Source: an uncultured Nitrososphaeraceae archaeon (GTDB lineage Archaea > Thermoproteota > Nitrososphaeria > Nitrososphaerales > Nitrososphaeraceae). Taken from it: a DNA stretch of 26,310 nucleotides. Every line of letters starts with the position of its first letter. Position 1 is the first letter of the stretch. Shown in pieces: positions 18,885 to 26,310 of this stretch. The position numbers were made by a program, and so were the translations under genes. Location of the stretch: assembly GCA_963765895.1 (NCBI GenBank), contig CAVXZB010000014.1, forward strand, positions 1 to 26,310. Reading direction: 5' to 3'. The notes beneath the pieces are model-generated. The model worked only from the letters and a program-made list of their open reading frames with translations, searched no databases and had not been told where the DNA came from.

Positions 18885-20719
18885 ATGAGTAATAATGTCG
18901 CTCCAGACTCTAAATTTGATAGCAATTTGTTTACGAGATCTCACATCAAATGGGGGAAAAAAGAGGAAACCGACAATTTTGCTCAAAAAGTTAAGTTGTA
19001 CAGACGGCATAGTCTATCTGACGACGATTTTCGTCGATTCCGATTGCAACATGGTGCTTATGGCTCTAGACTACAAATGGGCTACAGTATGATAAGAATT
19101 AAGATTCCAAGTGGAGAGATTACTCCAGATCAGCTCGAAAAAATAGCAGGATTATCTGAGGCTTTCTCAATAGGCTCCGCTCATGTATCTACTCGTCAGA
19201 ATATCCAACTACATTGGGTTCAACTTGAAGATGTTAGTGAAGTGATGCGAGGTCTTGTTGATGTCGGCCTAACTACGCGGGAGGCTTGTGGTAATACGGT
19301 CAGAAATGTTATGTGCAGCCATTTTGCGGGTGTGTGTGCAAAGGAGGAGTTTGATCCGACTCCATATTCTAAAGCAATTGCTCAATTTTTTCTTCGCAAC
19401 CCAGCATGTCAAAATCTTCCACGTAAATTCAAAATTAATTTTTCCTGTTGCGCTGACCATGGGTTAGTAAGAATTGCAGATATTGGTCTGGTACCAATGA
19501 TTAATGATGATGGTGTAAAAGGTTTTCGAGTATATCTTGGTGGAGGCTTGGGTGCTGCTTCATTTTTGGGGCACCTATTGGAAGATTTCACATCTGAAGA
19601 TAGGCTGCTTGCAACTTGTTTAGCTACCATTAGGTTATTTGATAGATACGGAAACCGTGAAAACATGGCCAGAAATCGGATGCGATATTTTGTTAACGAA
19701 ACAGGTTGGGATACGTTTCAAAGAATGGTAATCAAAGAACGATCCATAGTGGAAATGACCATTGCTAACTCCACTTTGGAGTTATTTCGTTTTCATATAG
19801 AGAATGAACAAAAGGAAATGTCTAAGGCTCAGAGATATCTGAAATTGCCTGTTTTGGATATACAGAACACATTAAGAGGAGATCCATACGAGAGATGGAT
19901 GCACACGAATGTCGTCTCTCAAAAACAGCAAGGGTATTTCACGGCCTTTGTAACATTAGGCGCCGGAGATATCACTGCGAATCAACTAAGAGTTTTATCT
20001 GGAGCTATTCGCGACTTCTCGGTAGAAGGAACTGCACGGAACACGCCGAGCAAAATTTTGCAATTAGATACATAAATGAGAAAGACTTGTATAATTTCTA
20101 CGCTAGGATTGCGACTGCAGGATTAACAAACCCTGGCGCATTAACTATTGCGTCCGCGGTTGGATGTACTGGAACTACTTCATGTAACTTGGCGATTACA
20201 AATTCTCATCGATTGGCTAAGGAAATAGAGTACAAATTTTTGGAGTCACAACATGATATTGATGACGATCTTAGGGATTCCACAATTAAGATCAGTGGAT
20301 GCCCCAACTCGTGCGGGCAGCATGAGGTCGCCACAATCGGATTCTTTGGTGGAGCTTCAAGGATTAACAACTCAATGGCACCTACGTATACGATGTTATT
20401 CTCAGGGAATACAGGAGAACGGGGCGAATTGGGAAAGACAATAATGCGTGTTCCGGCAAAACGTGTGATTAATATACTTGGAAAAATAATCGAGATATAT
20501 AAACATGAAAAATCCGGGACTGAAACATTAAGGCAATGGATCTCTAAGATCGTAAATGGAATTGGGACTGGAAGCGTCAAAGGCGTTGATGATATAAAGG
20601 TTTTGCTATCGCCAGTAGCACAATTAGACCCAGTAGAACAGGATCCTGAATCCTATAAGGACTATGGTAGCGATATAAGATTCTCTGCAAAGACAGCCAG
20701 AGGAGAATGTGCGGCATAA
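18885..20719 (+). CDS. sir: Ferredoxin-dependent siroheme/[4Fe-4S] sulfite (or nitrite) reductase, split by a missing base at ~20048
   Basis: RIKIPSG, TRQNIQLH, ACGNTVRN, NLPRKFK, and ligand motifs CTGTTSC and SGCPNSCGQH. Adding one base restores RNTP(Q/E)QNFAIRY across the two ORFs. The adjacent rhodanese favours sulfur assimilation. Confidence 0.88.
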
Positions 20720-20744
20720 TATTCTAAGAACTAAGCCACGGAAT

Positions 20745-21587
20745 ATGATGTATATGAATACCAAGAAACGTGATAGCAGTACAAGCGTTAGTACTCATAT
20801 CGGGATCCCTGTAATCTGTGATACAGACACAGTACGAGCGTTAATTTTAGAGAATGCTGTAAGGATTGTAGATGTTCGGAAGCTCGACGAATATCTTCAG
20901 GGTCATATTAAGAGTGCGGCATCATTGCCATTCTCACAAATATTAGAAAAAGACCCGTCGGGAATCGTAGATATTTTAGAAAATTTGGGCATCACCGACA
21001 CTATGCCAGTAGTGATTTATGATGATACATTCGGCGCATTGGCTGCTCGTGTAGCTTGGACATTTCAGTACGTAGGCCACGCTAATACTGCACTACTCGA
21101 GATGACCTTTAGCCAATGGAAAAGTATGGGATTAGAAACTGAGTCAAAAAATAATACCTTTGCAAAAACAGAACATACATTACTTATCAACCACGAAATT
21201 CAGGCAGATGCCTCATATGTCGATTTGGCAAAAGAACAAGAAGATAAGTTTTTGATAGATACAAGAGAGCGATTAAATTTTCTGACAGAGCATATACCAA
21301 ATGCCAAAAGCCTACCATATGCTATGTTAAGATCTGATACAAACATACTGCGTAAACCAGAAGAGATAAGAAGATTAATTGAAAATAGAGGAATGTCAGT
21401 CGATTCTGAATTTATCACATACTGTGGGAGTGCTGGAACCTTATCTGGCTTGACATATTATGCGCTCAAATTAGCTGGAATAAAGAATGTAAAACTCTAT
21501 TCTAAATCATTCAGAGAGTGGAAGATGTTAGGTAAGAGTAAAGAGGAATTTAAAGACGCTAATTATTGGGATCTATCAGCGGATTAG
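20745..21587 (+). CDS. Tandem-domain rhodanese / thiosulfate sulfurtransferase
   Basis: IVDVR..EY..GHIKSA, VVIYDD, AARVAW, LIDTR..., active-site loop YCGSAG, VKLY..SF.EW. The start is one of ATG 20745/20748/20754 rather than the overlapping GTG 20709. Confidence 0.92.
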   Translation: MMYMNTKKRDSSTSVSTHIGIPVICDTDTVRALILENAVRIVDVRKLDEYLQGHIKSAASLPFSQILEKDPSGIVDILENLGITDTMPVVIYDDTFGALAARVAWTFQYVGHANTALLEMTFSQWKSMGLETESKNNTFAKTEHTLLINHEIQADASYVDLAKEQEDKFLIDTRERLNFLTEHIPNAKSLPYAMLRSDTNILRKPEEIRRLIENRGMSVDSEFITYCGSAGTLSGLTYYALKLAGIKNVKLYSKSFREWKMLGKSKEEFKDANYWDLSAD

Positions 21588-21595
21588 GGATCCGC
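21579..21595 (+). terminator. GC-rich hairpin GCGGAT-TAGGG-ATCCGC over the rhodanese stop codon (possible 3'-end structure)
   Basis: 6-bp perfect stem seen directly. There is no U-tract after it, so the function is uncertain. Confidence 0.25.
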
Positions 21596-22077
21596 CGGAT
21601 CAATTCTGCAATGATTTAGACCTATTGCCGTTTTAGAGATTGGACTTGCGAATGTATCTATGTTTTCTTAAATAGTGTCACATTTCTAAAAAAGTTGATT
21701 CCATAATTCCGATGGCACTAGCATACACTACTTAGAACGAGATGTGTGATAATCCACTACAATTAGTTCATAAAGTCAAGAGCACCATTTGTTTTAAATC
21801 AAACACTGAAATTTTCATTAAGCACTTCCTACAAGTTGTCATACATTTTGTAAACCACAAACATGCATTGTACTTTACACGCCCTATTCTCTTTATTTTG
21901 TAGAGGAGGGCAAAATGCACCTCTAGAGGAAATCTTTGTGGATACCGGCTATTAGATACGAAAATGTTGAATGTCTGAAAGATAAATTATAGATATCATG
22001 CGATATCGGTTGAAGAAATATATCGTTGGACGCATTGCCGCAATCGCATATCTAATCAGTCAAGAAACGAGCTATAC

Positions 22078-22272
22078 TTAAGTTAGTTCATGGTCATTAG
22101 CATCTTTTATCTTCTTTATCCTAAAGCATAGATCACAATGTTCTGGACATGAATCATGTATACAAACATTCCTCATACTATTACAATTAAAACACCATAT
22201 TTGCTTTGAAAACAAAGAGTGCTTAATAGAATAGACTTTGGTATATTTGTTGTCCTGGCAAGTCTTTAACAT
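22078..22272 (-). CDS. Small Cys-rich putative metal-binding protein (64 aa)
   Basis: ATG-started ORF with CFNC...C.H..C..HCDLC and a basic tail. Confidence 0.45.
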   Translation of the reverse strand: MLKTCQDNKYTKVYSIKHSLFSKQIWCFNCNSMRNVCIHDSCPEHCDLCFRIKKIKDANDHELT

Positions 22273-22880
22273 TTTTTATTCCAAGTTGTACCTAATAGGT
22301 GATTCTGATTGTATTCCCATATTATTCATAAATTAAGAGGGATATTTTTAATTTGTCTAATAACTGGGATACGGCTAAATCCTATCAGAACCATATCTCG
22401 AAAGCAGTCATTAATTTTACCGCAAATGTCTACTCAAACTGAACTTTAGGTAAAATCATCTCTCAGATATACGTTCACAAATTAATCTTATTCTCATACA
22501 TATTCATAACATAACAGTTTAGGAAATAATATATTATAAAAAAAGGTCATATACTGTACATGTATGATTGTATTCGAATACACATGCGATTCTAGTACAA
22601 TTCATTAACAAAATTCGACTGAGCTGAGTCACAGTATACAAACAAATGTATAGTCTAATCAAATTAGCAAAATTCATCTGGTCTTTGATTTTGCGCTTTC
22701 TATCTTGTTTTGAGCTAACATAGTATACGGAGTAATTTGTTTCTACTAAAATGAGATTTTCAGATAAAGTAGATGCTGTTCTTTAATACAATGTATTCAT
22801 ACTTATAGTCTGAAGATTAAACAATCAGGTGTGATTTAATGTAATAATCTTGACCATAGTCCATTCTTTCAGAAATTGCA

Positions 22881-24183
22881 CTATGGTATAATTCTAGACA
22901 TTGTTCTAGGAAATAACACTGTATCCTTTATGTCCTCAATATCGACTAACCATCTCACTAAACGTTCGATACCTAGTCCAAAACCACCATGGGTATCGAA
23001 CCAAATCTTCTCAGGTCTATATACCAGTCATATGATGATGAATCAAGTCCCTCAATCTTCATTCTTTTTTTAATAGATGAGATATCATCTTCCCTCATTC
23101 CCCCACTAGCAATTTCTCCAAAACCTCCAGGAGCTAATAAATCAGCACTGAGTCCAATTCCCCTATTTTGCTCATCCTCCTTAACATAGAAGGGCTTTAT
23201 CCGGATAGGATAGCCACTAACAAAAAGTGGATTTAAGGTGGATTTTGTCAGTTCACGTTCTGAGTCAATATTAGATCATCGCCTATTCTAATAGGTCTTT
23301 TGTTTCCCTTCGCGTCTACTACTCTGAAATCCCTTGATTGGAGTGTATCAATTGCCTCATAATAAGAAATTCTATCAAACGGAACTCTGACGTCCTTTAG
23401 ATTAGTAACATCTCTCTTTAGAAAGATAAGGGAGTCAGATCTTTCTCTAATAGTATTGTGAATTATATAGGTTATCAGTCGTTCCTCAACTCGTAAAATA
23501 TCTTCAAGGCTTGCCAATGGCGCTTCTGCTTCTAGATGTGAAAATTCTGCGAGATGCCTTACTGTTCTTGATTTTTCTGCTCTGAACGAAGGAGTAAGGC
23601 TCCATACCGGACCCAAGGAGAAGATTAACGCCTCGAGATAGAGCTGTGCACTCTGTGAAAGGTATGCCTCTTCATTAAAGTACCTCAGTTTAAAAAGTGT
23701 AGAACCGCCCTCTACCGCACCTTTCACTATGATTGGGGGAGTTACTTCCATCCAATCATTTTCTATAAAAAACTGGCGGGCAAACTTTAAGATTGTGGAC
23801 CTGATTTTTGCAATTTCAATCATTCTTCGAGTCCTTAGTGCTAAATGCCTATTGTCAAGCAATAATTCAGCACTCTGGTATTCTCCTATGGGAAAATCGG
23901 AGTCAGCAATATTAATAACTATTAAACTATTACCTCTGATTTCATAGCCACCTTCTGGCGCTCTATCATCTGCTATCAATATACCGGTAACTTCAACAGA
24001 GGACTCGATGGTTAGATGTGTTACCTGTCGAGTTGGAAATACACATTGAATGACTCCGCCCCGATCATCTCGGATAAGCAAAAAAGTCTTTTCCTTTTGT
24101 TTACGTAATCTATGTACCCAGCCTCTGATTGTTATCTCCTTGTCTACATTAATTGGAGTTTTAATATCATTAGCCCGTTGCAT
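22881..24183 (-). CDS. asnS: Asparagine--tRNA ligase-type class IIb synthetase, with two single-base deletions (~23271 and ~22992)
   Basis: OB-fold IRGWVHRLR; VEGGSTLF; YLSQSAQLYLE; motif 2 FRAEKSRTVRHLAEF. Manual reading past the frameshifts gives [54 protein letters not shown] and FPRTMSRIIP*. Confidence 0.85.
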
Positions 24184-25130
24184 ACATTCTAGACATCATA
24201 TGATTCTTCTTAAGAATTATGTTAGTACATAATCTTGGATCATCTCGAACATAGAAATGAGGTTTCAGATCTAGTGTCTCTTAAGATAATAGACTATCTC
24301 GATGCTTGGTTTTATTTAACCCAGGGGCATTTCTTATGGTATAGAATGATGCATTAATACTCTCATTATTTGCGATTTCCCTGGGAGACGAGTTGAGAAC
24401 ATAGTCTTCTGGGGTTAGGCCATGCAATTTATGTTCAAAATGTTTAGGAAGAGGCAGGGAGGCTAATGTTAGATGCAATAAACTTTAACCGGGTCTTATT
24501 TTGTAAATTTGTGATCTCATTGGAGGCTCTACGCTCTTGAAATTCAAAGATCAAATGTAGTACTGCAGGCAAAAAAATTCGCCATTGTTTAATAATTACT
24601 CGACTATTTAAGTTTGGGAGTTTTTAATTTGAGAATACATTGCACTTAACATGGCGACATTAGTAAATTCAAACCTACGGAATAACATCTAGTACATTCA
24701 GTTCATATCAGCAGCTAGAAATTTTATGAATTCAACTCCTTTTTGATTTTAATTAAAATCATTATTTACGCTAGACTAAAGTTAGGACAAAGAAAATCTG
24801 TAGTTGTAAAAAAGGATCTTATAACACCTCTGACTGGAGATAAAAAGACAACGAGTATTTTAGTACATCGTTTAGTTTGGTTAATTATGACTGGAATTAG
24901 TATTAATTTCTGATTCAAAGTTAAGAAATATTTATCATTAAATCGTAGAGTGTATACAACTGACCAACCAATCCAATCTATTACGTTGTCTTGCGCAAAT
25001 ACCTGTCTGAAGTCAGGCTTCGATCGTACTGGTTATTTGTCATAATAGAATCCGCAATTCCACCTCCATTATTCCAATCGGTTAGGAAAATGAATACCTC
25101 GCAACTTTTTCACAAATGAGAGTCAATCGA

Positions 25131-26133
25131 CTATTGTTGGATCAACTTAGGATATAAAAAACAGGAAACTAAATGGTTAGTCTCTTTTTGTTCCAGGATA
25201 GGATCCTCCGAGCATTTGTCCATAGAATAAAGACAGAATTGACAAAATTGACAACCAACATAGGTTTTAGAGGCCCCATGTTTTAAACGAATTATTTTTT
25301 CTTTTTGCAAGTTGTTTGGTTCAGGTTCAGAAACTGCATCGATCAATGCCTGGGTGTATGGATGAAGTGGATTCAATAATATTTGGTTGATTGGCCCGGT
25401 TTCTACTATTTTGCCAGCATACATAATAGCGATATTATCACCTATATATCTGGACGTAGAAAGATCATGAGTAATGTAGATATATGAAATTTGTAATTTA
25501 TCCTTTAAGGCTTTCATCAATTGCAATATTTCTGCCCTGACAGATATATCAAGCATCGAGACAGGTTCATCGGCTACAATTATTTTTGGATTTATTACAA
25601 GAGCCCTGGCTAGAGCGACTCTCTGTCTTTGACCCCCAGAGAGCATATGTGGAAACATATTCGATATTTCAGACGCGGGTTCTAATCTTACATTTTCTAA
25701 TGCTTTAATTACTTTATCTTCCCGTTCCTTCTTTGAGAAATATAGATGATGGATAGCAAGTGGTTCTGACACGATATCCATCACTCTCCAACGTGGGTCA
25801 ATGGAAGTATAAGGATCCTGCTGTACCATTTGAATTTTCGTCCTAAAATTTTTTAGTTCTTTTCCCCGTTTTTTTGTAATATCGTGCCCTTCAAAGGATA
25901 TGGAACCACTATCTGGTTCGATAGCTCGAAGTATTAATCGAGCCAATGTACCTCTTGCCAGAACCCGATTCTCCAGCAATAACCAATACCTCACCCTTAT
26001 TTATGTTAAAGCTTACATCGTCAACGGCTTTAACATATTGAGCATCGCCGTGCAGATGGAAGGAATCTCTAAGACTCTTTTTAACATGAAAATACTTTCT
26101 TACATTCGATACATTAAGGATTTCGTTCAACAC
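25131..26133 (-). CDS. Oligopeptide/dipeptide ABC transporter ATP-binding subunit (OppF/DppF-like), split by an extra base at ~25951
   Basis: KAVDDVSF, Walker A GESGSGK(S)TLAR restored by removing one G, LSGGQRQRV, ADEPVSMLD, ITHDL, HPYT and a Cys-rich C-terminal domain. TATATA at 26159-26164. Confidence 0.92.
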
Positions 26134-26310
26134 CTAATAATCTTAGTGATTCAAGGAATATATACAATTTCTCAACAAGCGTCTGTCGCGGCTACGGGAG
26201 AGGCGTCAATCTAACTATATGGTATTAGTAATATACGGCTATATTCATCTAACGGAATATTGTCTTGCAATTCGCTTAGGCAATACGGTTTTAGGAATAA
26301 ATAATACTAT

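Noticed and set aside
22569-22582. 14-bp palindrome TGTATTCGAATACA
   Set aside because: No associated gene start or second copy, and such palindromes can arise by chance in AT-rich DNA.
2050-24232. Many short ORFs antisense to or nested in real genes (e.g. 2050..2358, 3658..4011, 4460..4729, 8215..8598, 8879..9166, 17731..18009, 20206..20580, 22876..23189, 23729..23947)
   Set aside because: Shadow frames of well-supported genes with no independent motifs.
24281-24478. 65-aa minus-strand ORF
   Set aside because: TTG start, no recognisable motif; cannot be supported from sequence alone.
1-26310. CRISPR array, rRNA, IS transposase, or a second att copy of the tRNA 3' end
   Set aside because: No regularly spaced repeats, rRNA-like GC-rich blocks, transposase motifs or duplicate tRNA end were seen on reading both strands by eye.

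Overview
AT-rich archaeal chromosome segment with low coding density. Gene content and protein style point to a soil-type ammonia-oxidising archaeon (Nitrososphaeraceae, Thaumarchaeota/Nitrososphaerota); this is an inference from the proteins. The left ~3.1 kb is the end of an integrated element at tRNA-Val(GAC). It holds a tyrosine integrase with its own TATA box and a mosaic of gene fragments: an F420-type PPOX N-terminus, an internal piece of a second integrase, and a broken hypothetical gene. The rest is mostly housekeeping: leuA/cimA-family synthase, acylphosphatase, group IV PLP decarboxylase, cdc48, stand-alone rpl2, nth, ABC-2 permease, DUF192, HAD hydrolase, CBS protein, siroheme sulfite/nitrite reductase plus rhodanese, AsnRS-type synthetase and an Opp/Dpp ATPase. 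There are also several uncharacterised genes and small Cys-rich ORFs. About nine single-base indels break genes, including housekeeping ones, and most likely are long-read consensus errors. No CRISPR array, rRNA or intact transposase was seen. I cannot point to a clearly new multi-gene system. The best leads are the tRNA-Val element and its fragment mosaic, the Sir-rhodanese pair with a palindromic operator and terminal Cys, the decarboxylase with an ODC-like signature, and an unknown coupled gene pair at 12.4-13.7 kb.
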